Below, one piece after another: positions 49,503 to 61,292 of a stretch of DNA of 64,000 nt (its first letter is position 1; each line of letters begins with the position of its first letter). Where the stretch lies: assembly GCA_964270895.1 (NCBI GenBank), contig OZ185440.1. The stretch is one strand, 5' to 3'. A model generated the notes under the pieces. The model worked only from the letters and a program-made list of their open reading frames with translations. It had not been told where the DNA came from and did no database searches. The translations under genes were made by a program, and so were the position numbers. The DNA is from Podarcis filfolensis. Its lineage: Eukaryota.

Positions 49503-52500
49503 ATGGGACAGATCGCCCTTAAGTCTGGCTACATGTCTTGCTGGTCGGCCGGCGTCGCTTTGAGGATCCTAGTCCTATTGCTGTGCGATGGGCCCGGTAC
49601 GGAGAAGGGTGCTATTGAGGGCTCGGCTGCAGCCGGGTGTCTCCTGGAGGATGTGGTGGTAGCACATCAGAGCTGCAGTCGCTTGTGAAAAGAGCCAAGG
49701 GCACGGTCTCCTAAACGCCTGCCTGTTATACGAGTTTATTAATTCAATTAACATTCGAATCTGTCCACAAAAACGGATGGAATCGCCTCGCAGGCAGCTC
49801 AAAAACACAATATTCTGGACCGAAATGGCTCCTTGCATGGAGCTAGAGAGCTGGAGTGAAGTTCAATTTGAGACTCCTGAAACCGATTTTGTATATTGCT
49901 ATCATCCTGAGGTCTACCAAATGGTGTCAGGAGCAAGATCCTGGCTGGGGTGGGTGGACAGTACAGAGCCACATTGTAGAAAGGTGGCGGTGGGAACAGG
50001 ATTGGCACCCCCATTGTAAAGGGTAGTTCAGCAGGCTGAATTACTTGTTCCACCCCACAAACCATACATTGGAATAAACTACATACACAAATAAAATGTA
50101 TTGTAACAATAACTACATCAAAAAATAATATTAATAATTCAACATCTAAGTTACTGCAGTTTAGGGATTTTAACACAGAACTCTAAAACTGGCCAGCAGC
50201 AGCCAATAATGCAATCCTATGTGTACTCAGAAGGAAGTCCTGTTGAATTTACTAGGGCTTCCTCTTGGGTATGGTGTTAAGATTGCTGCCTACCTGCCAG
50301 GTGAGGAACACTGAGGCTGAGAGATAAGTGATTTCTACAAAGTCAGTAATGGCAGATATATATCAGTTTTATTTGCTGTTGTGGAAATACTCTGTGTCAT
50401 CCAGGGATTTGCCAGTATATCCCAATTTAACTTCAACTCTCCCTGGTCAAAACACAGGAGCTCTGAGGTGGGTTTCAGACTGCACAATGTACCATAAAGC
50501 TGGGAATTACCGCTTTATGAACACACAGATACAGCAGACAAGTCTGTAATGATACTTTCCAAAGGAGGCATCATGCTGAAGTCTTTGCTCCATTTCAGGC
50601 TGTGGACTTCACCTTGACTTGTCTGACAATGGAACTGCTGCAGGACTGGCACGTGTTAGAAAGACAGCTGGAGAGATGGGTGAGAATAATAAAGATCAGT
50701 TCCATTTAGCTGACACTGCACTAAGTAACATAAACAAGCAATAAATGGGGACATCATCTGATCAGCTCGATCCACTGTGGCCTTGTTTCATCCATCTTCA
50801 GTGGCCATCTGATCTGTGCCTTGAATCTATGGCCTTGGCACTGCACTCTGGCCACCTGAGCTAGCCAAGCGATAGATGATCATTCATGATTTGTGCCCAT
50901 TAACACAAAGCCCAACCAAGAACCTTGTTTTCCCATTGCCCTGTCACCAGTGCCAAATTGATTCTTCTGATTTATTCATTATTTACTAAATTTAAATCCT
51001 GTCTTTCCTCCAAAAAGCCCAAGCCAGAGTATACAGCTCTTCTACCTTCCATTAATCTTCACGGCAACCCTATGAGGTAGATTAGGCTGAGAGGTAGTGG
51101 CTGGCTCAAGGTCATCTAGGGAGCTTCATGGCCAAGGGAGGATTTGAACCCAGGTCTTCTTGGTTCTAGTCAGACATGCTAACCACTATACCTGCCTATT
51201 TTTTCAGACACCATCTTTGTCCACATTGGTGCCAAGGAAATTACTATCCCCTGCAAGTCTTCTGAGATGGATGTTGTGATTGGTATGAATCCCACCTACA
51301 ACTGGAGCCTGGAAAATGAAGGTTAGGCCTTATTCCTTGGGACTCTAGGATCTCTCAGTAGATGTCAGGGACAGATGTGTGAGGGAAAGAAGAGGATGGG
51401 TTACTTGGGAAAAGGACCTGTTGGTGTCCCAGGGCTGCCAATGTTTTTTCTAGAATGATCAGCAACAGAGATTTTTTTGCACCTCAGACTGATTTGAACT
51501 TTAGCACCCAAGATAATATTTCCCAAGCATTTTGTGTTGAGAATTAGTTTAGTCTTGCCTGTGCCCTCTGTGTCCTTGTGCCTTGGGCAAGAGCCCATGT
51601 TGTGTCACTCTTCCTCCTAATGACTGCTACAGAGAGGCCATTATGTGGCTAAAATTGGAGTGAGTGGGGATTGGGCCTTGTGGATTTCATTAAGGAGCCC
51701 ATGTTTACCTCTTATACCAGTTCAATCACTGAAGATGCATGAAAAGGTAACTTGCAAACACATCGATGCATCTGTTAAGCTTCCCAGATGTGAAACCAAG
51801 TTGACCTGAAACTGCCTGCCCAAATTAAAGTCTGGAGAGTTCAACAGATTATTCTTCACAATAGGCATATTGGCAAAAACATCAGAACTACTGGAAGTGA
51901 AATAGACCCAGAGCTCAGCTTTTTAAGGTTCCTGTTACTTAAAAGTTATGACTGAAGCAAGCTGTGAGACAACTTGCTTTTCCAAATCCAAAACTTGGTT
52001 GTAAAATACCGTAGTATCAGCATGTCACAAAATATTGACTAACTGTACCTGCCAATCTAAGCTATCCATATTACTATAATAAGAAAATACGTCGGGATTC
52101 AAGAAAGGTATTTTGTATGGGCATTCATGGCATAAGGGCAGCAGAAAATAATTAGACTCTCTCGATGCATCCATGTACCAATGAGCCTAGAGCCACATGA
52201 AGCTATAGAAGTATTAAAGGACGGGGTTTCTCTTGACCTCAGTATTGGTGCCTAAGCTGGTTGAAGCAGAACATTGTTCTTAGGCTGATTCTGCCCTCTA
52301 CTTTCAGGAACCCATCCCCTCAGTGGTGATGCTTCCCTGACTCTGCATGATTTTCATACTGATGACAGTGGACTGTATGTCTGCACAGTCTCCTACACCA
52401 CGGATGGCCAGCTCCATACTAAAACTTTCTATCACACAGTGGTGGGTGAGTGGATTCCAGATGTCTTGAAGGATAGTGAAACAAAGGGGACTGAACTATT

Positions 52501-55500
52501 TGACTAGATGGGTGATTGGCTGGAACCAGGAGGAAGCTAGTGGGGGGGGGGACGACATATATTGGGAGAAATGTGGGAGAAGTTTTGGCCTGTGGCCAGA
52601 CGCTGTGGCCAAACGTAGGTGGTTTCTCTCTGTTCTCCTGAGGATCCACTGTCTTTCTTAGGTAAAGGGACCCCTGACCATTAGGTCCAGTTGTGGCTGA
52701 CTCTGGGGTTGTGGTGCTCATCTCGCTTTATTGGCCGAGGGAGCCGGCGTACAGCTTCCGGGTCATGTGGCCAGCATGACTAAGCCGCTTCTGGCAAATC
52801 AGAGCAGAGCACAGAAACGCCGTTTACCTTCCCGCCAGAGCGGTACCTATTTATCTACTTGCACTTTGACGTGCTTTCAAACTGCTAGGTTGGCAGGAGC
52901 AGGGACCGAGCAACAGGAGCTCACCCTGTCACGGGGATTCGAACTGCCGACCTGATCGGCAAGTCCTAGGCTCTGTGGTTTAACCCACAGTGCCACCCGC
53001 GTGTTTACAATTTCTTTCCGTCCTCTTGAACTTCTTCATAGTGGACATGATGTGGAAAATGTGAGTTTTGCCGTCTTTTGAGCTCCTGTTTTTGTAGGAG
53101 AAGCTGCCTTCCAGATTCCCCTTCCTCTGCCTCTTTCCCCAGGCTACCACATACGTGCAGAGCTGCACGTCCTACTGCTTTTTCAGTGCAACTCTTGCGA
53201 TGAGGAATTGACACACGGATTCCTGAAGACCCTGCGAGAGCATCTGAGCGAGGTGGTGCACCACCTCCACTGTGAACTTCTGCTTGGCGCCATCAGCTGC
53301 TTCCCCACCATGGAGAAACCCTTGGATGAGTTCAACTTCCAGGTAGAGCTTGAAGGTCAGAGCCAAGAAATTCAGGGTGTTTCTAGAGGATGGCAGAGGA
53401 AGTCAGGTTGGCTGGGTTCAGTCACAGTTTGGGGAGGAAGTGAAGTTTGGAGCAGGAGAGGCTCGTGCAGAAAGGCAGGATTTCACCAGCTAGGACTGCC
53501 TACTGAAAACACCAGAAGTAAGTGTAGCCTCAGTATGTGTCTTTGCTGAGAACAGGCAGATTTTGGGTAAAGGTACATTCCCTTGGATTGGCTGGAGGAA
53601 CATTTCTTAAGCAGCAAGGGTGGCAATGGATATGTATCATGATCTGGAGGGTTGCGCTAAGTTGAATTAACATAATTAACTGCATTCACGCAAGCATCAT
53701 ATAGTGGATCTATTTTGCCATATCCTGGAATGAGGGTTTGGACTCTGTGTGCACTGATGGAAGAGCAAGCCTATTGGCAAAGGGACCGTAACATATTTGT
53801 CATTGTTTTCTAGTATCTCCTTTTGGGAAGGGCTGGGATAAATTCTGCTCCCCCAAGGCTGATGCACTGGAATTTGATTGTTATAATGGAGCTGTCTTGA
53901 GCAATCTGCAGCAGGTACGTCACCAAACCTCATCTCTCCCCTACCAGGAAATAAGTTTGCTGGGGTTTTGTACCTACATATGTTGTTGAGCTGCAAAGGG
54001 CAACCATATCTTTTATCTTCTGGAACAAGGCTAATGTGCATTGCTGCACATGGAATGGCTGGGGTTATTTACTTTGAGGCAATAAAAGCAAGAATCCCAT
54101 AGTTATGCATATTTTGAAGAAAGGATGGGTGCTTGCATTCTAGGCATTTACTATGGAATTGCCACATTTTGTTCACTCACTCTTGTGATGACCCTGCCAT
54201 CAGATTCTTATCCTTCTCTGTTTTCCCTGCACTCCTGTTTTCCTTCCTTTTTCAGAAAAACAGATCAATAACAAAAAGCAGACCTCCCAGTCTTCCTTCC
54301 CCCACTCTTGAACCACCCTATGCATCTCCCTACAGGCCGAGGAAGCAATAACCATATTCATGGAGAACAACAAACGTTTCCCCTTGGGAGAGGCGCCCAC
54401 CTCCCGCACCTCCTTTGTCAACACCTTTGTCAACTTCCTGGAGGGTGGAACATGCCTGGAAGGTTATGGACAGACCCCGGAGCTACAGGCACGCTGTCCC
54501 GACTGCTGTAGTGAGTGGAGCAGGTGATCCATGAGCAGCTGCCTCATCCCTCCTCAAACACTGCCTCCGGTCCCATAGGCTGCAGTGTTTGTTCACGCCA
54601 CTGGGAAGCCTCTCGCCACATTTGTTCTTAGCTGTCACCCCAGCCTTTGCAAACCCAGTGCCTTCCAGATGTTTTGGAACACAACTCCCACCAGCCCCAA
54701 ACATCTGGAGAGCACTGGGTTTGTAATGGCTCTCTTCTCTCTACCTTCCCTTCCTCTAGAGCAGTGTTTCGCAACCTTGGGTCTCCAGCTGTTTTTGGAC
54801 TACAACTCCCATCATCCCTAGCTAGCAAGACCAGTGGTCAGGGATGATGGGAACTGTTGTCTGAAAACAGCTGGAGACCCAAGGTTGGGAACCACTGTTC
54901 TAGAGTTTCACTGTAGCTCTGCCAGGTGCCATTGAGCTGTGTACACTTTAGTTTTCACCCCTTATGGAGCTATATTTCTCAGCACCCTTAACAAACTACA
55001 GTTCCCAATTTTTTTGGGGGGGGGGGAGTCACATGCTTTAAATGCATGGTGTGTACACAGCCCTTGGATCCGATCTGCAATTCCATCCAGTCAGAGCTAT
55101 TTTGTCCACCTGTTTAGCACATTGCGCTAAGCATGACTCCCTCGACTCCAGGAAGAGGCACCCTCTCCACAACTCCTTTGAGGAGCATGATTGAAAAAGG
55201 ATGCCTCTTGGGTAGGGCTCACATGGTATGTGGCCAGCTTTGAAATCCCTCTCTCCCTAAGCCCCCACCCTCCAGCTTAGCTGATGGAGGAATGAAACCT
55301 GTGTGCTGTCTGTATTTCAGGCTCTGCTCCTTTCGCTCCCCCCTCCATGCCTTTATCTGCCATTTTGCTTGACAGCCGCGTGCCCTCCTGGAACATATAG
55401 TGTGGCTGCAGCTGGAAATTGTGTTCCCTGCCCAAACGGATCATACAGCCTGCGCTATGGGGCAACTGTGTGCATTCAGTGCTACCACAACGGGTCAACC

Positions 55501-56948
55501 TTGCACCCTGCTGCCAGAACAGCTGCGGAGTGCATGAGCCCAGAAGGTATGTATCAGGTGGGAGACATGAGGAAGCGCTTCCTGAGAGACCTCTCTGGAT
55601 TTTCCAGCACTGGTTCTAGGACTTGGCATACTGAGAGTCAAGCTAGACACAACATAAAATATGTTCAAGGTTTTAAAAAAATGCACATAGCATCAACTGT
55701 GTGGCTGGGGCTGATAAGTATCATGATTGTAGGGGGTGAAGGGGGGGGATTTTAACTCTTTCCTTGCCACAGTCCTGAGAAAAATCCCTCCTCTGAAGTT
55801 GGGAAGATTTGCTGCAATGGGGAATTTCTTCCCAATAGAAATACTGGCTCCAGAGGAGGATTTACTTCAGTCCTGGATGCTGGACTTGAATTAGTTTCCT
55901 TGGTTCTGTATTTTATTTAAAAGGTGGCCCCTCATCTGGGTAATAGACAGAGTGATGTAGAAGTAAATTCTTACCACAAGATTCACAACAGGAGAGTTAA
56001 ATTTCACCTCCTGTGATCGTGTTAATTATCCATCTTCCCTAAGGTGATGCTCTGTATACTTAATGTCCCCTCAAACCTGTATGTTAAATCCAAAGACAGA
56101 TTTATCTTCAGATGGCTATGTTCCACCTCCACTATTGGCTGTTGCACTCATGTCCTACTTGCAGGCTTCCTGCAGACCTCAGTGAGAACAGGATGCTGAA
56201 GGAGGTGGCCCTTTGGCCTGATCTAGCAAGGCTTTTCTTGTGTTCTTAGGTACCTAAGAAACAGAGCTCCTTGACTGCAACCATATATATGAGCATCTAG
56301 TGAGGGAACAGTTCTGTGCATGTGTGAATTTGGTCCAAACAGTGTTTGTTTATACTGGCTGCCTATTTCCCTTTGGCCTTTCTTTCCACTGTGATACTTA
56401 AGCTGTGATCCTGTTTAACTTAATAGAGGCAGGTGCTACTGCTGGATAGGCAGCTTGGCTCTGGGTGCTGAGGAGAACTGGCACTCTTGAGTGATCTGTG
56501 TCTCTTTCCACACAGTCCCACCAACACATGGATTTCCTGCTCTGTTGGTGATCTTTCTCGTCCTGCTGCTTACTTGCCTCTGTATCATTGTGCCGTGAGT
56601 TCTGGGTTTTCTTCTTTCCTGTCTAAGCCCACTTCTGTAAAATTTGGTGGGCCAAAGAGATGTGTGGCTGGTCATTAAGTGAGGGCAGTGTCCCAAGAGA
56701 TCCTGAGAAATGACAGTGGCTGTGCAACCAGTTATCACAGATAATTGGGGGTGGGGGTGCCCAGGGAATGCCTCCACTACGGGATCATATATCTGCACCA
56801 CCAGTGCAGTGCAACTACCAAACTTTTAGAAGATATCTGAAGCCCTGTTTAGGGAAGCTTTTAATATTTAATAGGTTATTGTATTTTAGTGTTTTGTTGG
56901 AAGCCGCCCAGAGTGGCTGGGGAAACCCAGCCAGATGGGCGGGGTATA

Positions 56949-57030
<82 letters not shown>

Positions 57031-58224
57031 TTCCTGGCTTCTGGGACTAGAGTGCACCAAACAGGTATTGCTTTCATTCCACCTTTGCCCTTCCTCTGAA
57101 TACAGCCCCCTTGCATAGTTTCCCCACATGCCTTCTACAATTTGATTATTATCACTTTTCAGTAACCACCACCTGATCCTGGCCAGGATACCCCAACCAG
57201 CATACCCTAACCCAGGGGTCAGCAACCTTTTCCAGCCATGGGCCGGTCCACCGTCCCTCAGACCACGTGGTTGGCCGGACTATATTTTGAAAAAAATAAT
57301 AATGAATGAATTCCTATGCCCCACAAATAACCCAGAGATGCATTTTAAATAAAAGCACACATTCCACTCATATAAAAACACCAGGCAGGCCCCACTAATA
57401 ACCCAGATATGCATTTAAAATAAAAGGACACATTCTACTCATGTAAAAACACGCTGATTCCCAGACCGTCCATGAGAAGGCGATTGGGCCGCATCCGGCC
57501 CACAGGCCTTAGGTTGCCTACCCCTGCCCTAACCCAACAGAGTTCTTGGGCAAGGGGGATGTTACCACTTTCCTATGCATCTGGCTTCCATATTCCTTAT
57601 ATGTGTCCCTCCCTGTATTTTGCTCGTGGGGTTCTGGGCAACCAGAGCTGTATGGGAGGGGTGCCTACTAAGATCCACATGCCTTATGGTAATAAAGATT
57701 CCCTGTCTCTGTGCAGCTGCTGCTGGTACTTCCGTCGTAGAAGGAAGAAGAAACAGGATTCTTTTCCTAAAGGCGATGGTGAGACCAAGCAGGAAAAAGA
57801 TGTCACAGTCCTTGCTGTTCCGGACTCCCCAAAAGATGACTCTCCCCTGTTGCCTTCTATCACTTTGGAGAATCCTGACAAAGATGACTCTCCCCTGTTG
57901 CCTTCTCCCACTTTGGAGAATGCTGAAAAAGATGACTCTCCCCTGTTGCCTTCTATCACTTTGGAGAATCCTGACAAAGATGACTCTCCCCTGTTGCCTT
58001 CTCCCACTTTGGAGAATGCTGAAAAATATGACTCTCCTCTGTTGCCTTCTCCCACTTTGGAGAATCCTGACCAAGAAGGTGTCATGTTTCCAACTCCTCC
58101 CAATCCAGAGGAAGAGCCAGGTGGGGCTATTTTGCCACCCCTTTTTGAGCTAGAAGAGCAGCCTGTTATTGAAAATGTTGTGTTCCCATCATCCTCACCT
58201 GTCTCAGATTTTGAAAGTACATGA
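49503..58224 (+). CDS. Zona pellucida-binding protein (ZPBP/Sp38)-like type-I membrane protein; 10 exons, 557 aa (547 aa from the second ATG at 49533)
   Basis: Exons 49503-49596, 50599-50679, 51208-51321, 52308-52445, 53143-53355, 53814-53914, 54336-54510, 55376-55546, 56516-56594, 57717-58224; all GT-AG with an open frame. Signal-peptide-like N-terminus, Ig domain (C..W..DDSGLYVC), ZPBP-like Cys pattern TCLEGYG..CPDCCTACPPGTY..C..C..YGATVC, transmembrane helix, polybasic stop-transfer and repeat tail. Confidence 0.85.
50971..51192 (-). mobile_element. tRNA-derived (MIR/L2-tail-like) SINE
   Basis: caaccctatgaggtag...ggatttgaaccc...gctaaccactatacc, i.e. reverse-strand B-box and A-box. Confidence 0.7.
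52660..53002 (-). mobile_element. Full-length Sauria SINE (lacertid type)
   Basis: The minus strand reads gcgggtggcactgtgggttaaaccacagagcctagg...gttcgaatcccc...gatgagcacc...ggtccctttacct, the Sauria SINE head, body and tail. Confidence 0.92.
54762..54897. mobile_element. Hairpin hAT-type MITE
   Basis: Long inverted arms (cagtgtttcgcaaccttgggtctccagctgtttt / aaaacagctggagacccaaggttgggaaccactg); 8-bp TSD ctctagag/ttctagag. Degenerate relatives lie near 33890-34020, 37960-38090 and 54640-54720. Confidence 0.85.
56859..56950 (+). mobile_element. LINE 3' end (L2-like) with (AAT)n tail
   Basis: gaagccgcccagagtggctggggaaacccagccagatgggcggggtataaat directly followed by the AAT microsatellite. The clade is from memory. 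Confidence 0.55.
56949..57030. repeat. (AAT)15 followed by (ATT)13 compound microsatellite
   Basis: Read directly; forms a perfect 76-bp palindrome at 56955-57030. Confidence 0.95.
57213..57526. mobile_element. hAT-type MITE
   Basis: caggggt ... acccctg termini; perfect 8-bp TSD ccctaacc (57205-57212 and 57527-57534); internal duplication of the cccca..aataacccaga segment. Confidence 0.9.
57832..58071 (+). repeat. Coding minisatellite, 5 x 48 nt (16 aa), with a 96-nt higher-order unit
   Basis: Units KDDSPLLPSITLENPD / KDDSPLLPSPTLENAE / same as 1 / same as 2 / KYDSPLLPSPTLENPD; 57832-57927 is identical to 57928-58023. Confidence 0.97.
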
Positions 58225-61200
58225 CTCCCAGTAAATTCATGTCCAACAAACAGACCTGCTTCACATGTTGTTAAAGGTTGCTAATAATACTAACCACTCG
58301 TTCCCTTGCTCAAGGTCTGGGCCCTGCAAGGCCTCCTATTTTCTTGAGTTGGGTTCTGCATCTAGAAGATCAGAGAAGAACTGAAAACTTCTTCATCGCT
58401 AGCCATAGCTCACTGCACCTCAGTCTCCTAACAAAACCAGTGTTGGAAGTGAGCGGCCTGAAAGGAAACTGAGCTAATCTTTAATTTCCAGAGGGCATGG
58501 AGGGTTATGCTCAGACTAGGCAAGCAATTGCAGTGAAGCGGCTGAAGGCTCTAACCTAACAGTACCACAAATGAAGCAGCAAATGCTGCAGTGATTGTTT
58601 TGTGCTTCTGGCTATCACCCAACCGAGAAGATGTCAATATGTGGTGGCAGCACTGTGGGCTGACCTTTACGAATGGAAGTTGAAAAACCAAGCCAGTTCA
58701 TTTTGACTGAAACATCAAAAACAGCAGACTCAAACCCCTCTCCTCCTAGCTACCAAAGGCCTGAATAGATGCACGACTCCTTTATTATTTATGGAGGTGA
58801 ATTCAATTCAATTCAAAAACCTCAGGGCCACTACTAAGAAGGCCCTGCTCCATTCCACGGCAGTCCTGTTGAGCATAGGATACACGGGGGGCAGGGGGGC
58901 TTTCCTGATCATCTTAATTTTTTTTTTCCACCCCGGATCCTTTCCTGATCATCTTAATAGGTGAGGGAGCTCCTATGTGGAAGAGCGCTCTTTGAAATAT
59001 TGTAGAGCCTTTCCCTTGTCATTCCCTCCTGTAGTTAAATAACAGATTTAGGATCGGGGATTGCCTGGCTACAGGGACAGCAGCCATGGAGGCTCCAGGG
59101 CTACCTTAACAGCATCCCTCAGGCTCCAAAACACCGACTCTTGGTTCTAACTTTTACAACTGTTCAACTGTGTGGTGGGGCTTCTACCTCTTATAAGAAC
59201 ATCTCAGAATGCCCATAAGTTTTCAGATATTTAGAGCTCCCATGGAATGGGTAAATTGGCTTAAAGTCAAATACATCTACTTAATGCAATCTGATTAAGC
59301 AGATGTCAAGTCAATTCATTTTCTGTAGGTCACACGCAGAAGAAATCTGTTGCAATGCAAAATACAAAACAAAAGCAAAGCCTGAAAATTGCTGCTGTTT
59401 TTCCAATGTTTTGTGAGGGCCCTGATTTCCCAGAGCCTTGTAACCCCAACTCTAGGTATCTCCTCCCCACTTGTATTCCTTAGCAAATACCTGTTATCAT
59501 TCTAGCTCCCCTGTTAGTAGTTTTCACTATGATCTGGGTATGCTCTCTGGGCTCATCCCTATGTTTTTGTATTTGTTCAGCATAAACAAAGCAGTTCCAT
59601 CTTATATTGGTTGATGTAAAACATAACCTCAGATCAAAGGAGTTCAAAACCTTGCACATTATGTACTGCGACGTATGTGGGTTTAGCTGAGGTAATCAAT
59701 TTCAGGCACCGGCAAAGCAAATCAAGAGAAAATGCCAAACCTCAAGATGGAGAGATAGTGTACTCCTCATCAAGTGACATGAACACATCTTCAGGTGAAT
59801 GCATCAAGCAACCTGAAATGCTACTTGACTGAATGGTACTTGGCATTAATGGTGCACACACTCCAGGCAGTTAAGGCGTTACCCAACACAGCCCCATTGG
59901 GTGCTTACAAATGAGAAAAGTCACGTTGAAGGTAGACACGTACACGTGCACTGGAGTTTTAAGAGTACTCTTTTTACACTTGTATCATTGCTAACCAGAT
60001 TGCTCCAAAGTGTGCCCCAGAGTTTTTTGTGGGGCTCACTGTCTTAACCCAGAAATTATCTTCAGGGCACCTTGGAGGTCTCCTGCCCCTTTGACCTTTT
60101 GTTGGCAACAATAATTTTTATTTTTATTTTTTATGGCAGCAATCATTTGAAGCACATTTCTCCCCTCCCCCCAAAGAATCCTAGGAACTGTAGTTCAAGG
60201 GTGCTGCGAATTGTAGCTCTGTGAGGCGTAAACTACAGTTTCTAGAATTCTTTGGAGGAAGTCATTTGGGGTTGGGAATCTTGGAGGCAAAAAAACTACT
60301 GGGGGAGGGGCGGTAATAAATGGCCCACAGGTTTCCACCCCTGCCTTAGATCATTTGAAAATGAAATGAAAGCAATTGTGCAATCCATTGCGGTAAGAGA
60401 TTATTAATTTAAAACATATTAATGTTTCAAAACAAGGACTCATTAGTGCTTTCCATTAGGGAGTAAGTTTAAAAATAATAATCCATGCCATCAATATCAA
60501 GCTAACACAAGTCAGTTCTGTTTTCTAAAGGCTTATGTAAAAGATCTGTCTTGTGGCCACAGTGGACAGTGGGGGAGACTCACAATGTGACAGCCTCAAT
60601 ACTTATAAGCTGTACATCTGAAAGATATGGTTGGCTTGGCTGGGGAGCAATCACTTCAGAGAGGCTGTTTTCAATGTTACATCCATGACAAATGTAAACT
60701 GCTCTTTCCTTTTGTGTGGCTTGAATAAAGCCCAATTCAGGCTTACTATAGTTTGGGAAGACGGCTGTTTTTAAGTGCAAAGGTGTCCCAATGGGCCTGC
60801 CCACCTGGTTCCAAATTCTAGTTCCAAATGGCCCTGGAGTGGCATAGGATGAAGCCCACCAAGCAGGTAGTTGTGCTTCAAGCCCAAGTGGATGCACACA
60901 GGTAAGGCAACAGTGACATCTTGTGGCTGTGACCATTCAAGTCTGACCTTGGTTTGGTACATAGTTCACTGTGGAAGATTGCCCTTTGTGAACGGAATGG
61001 ATGAAGTTAATTCTGTTGTCTCTCCATACACAGGACAACCACAGTATTGGGGCTGACCGTGCCTGTTCTCCGCTGCAAAATGCAGATTGACATTGCAGAG
61101 ATAGCAGTGCATATGTGTTGTACATAGGCAGTATTAATGGAGGTTTGTCTCCCTGGAGACATTGCTTCAACAACAGGACTCAAATCCTTTTCATGAGAAG

Positions 61201-61286
61201 ACTCTGGACTCCATGCAAGACTCTTACCCATTCATTTATTTATTTACAGCTGTTTCCTGTGTATGTGTGCGTGCATAACTGGCATA

Positions 61287-61292
<6 letters not shown>

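Noticed and set aside
52920-53002. tRNA gene
   Set aside because: The A/B-box-like sequence is the head of the Sauria SINE; the same holds for 36149-36328 and 50971-51192.
56815-57225. ORFs with poly-Asn/poly-Tyr or poly-Ile
   Set aside because: Translations of the AAT/ATT microsatellite.
57832-58071. CRISPR-like array
   Set aside because: The units are contiguous with no unique spacers, lie in-frame in a eukaryotic exon, and there are no cas genes.
57562-58153. Long alternative-frame ORFs (57562-58074 minus, 57575-58153 plus, 57684-58103 minus)
   Set aside because: By-products of a stop-free 48-nt tandem repeat; only the 57717-58224 frame joins the spliced gene.
2637-58224. U12 (AT-AC) or GC-AG introns, frameshifts or internal stops in the six genes
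   Set aside because: All coding introns I mapped are GT-AG with consistent phases and open frames; no sign of pseudogenisation or recoding.
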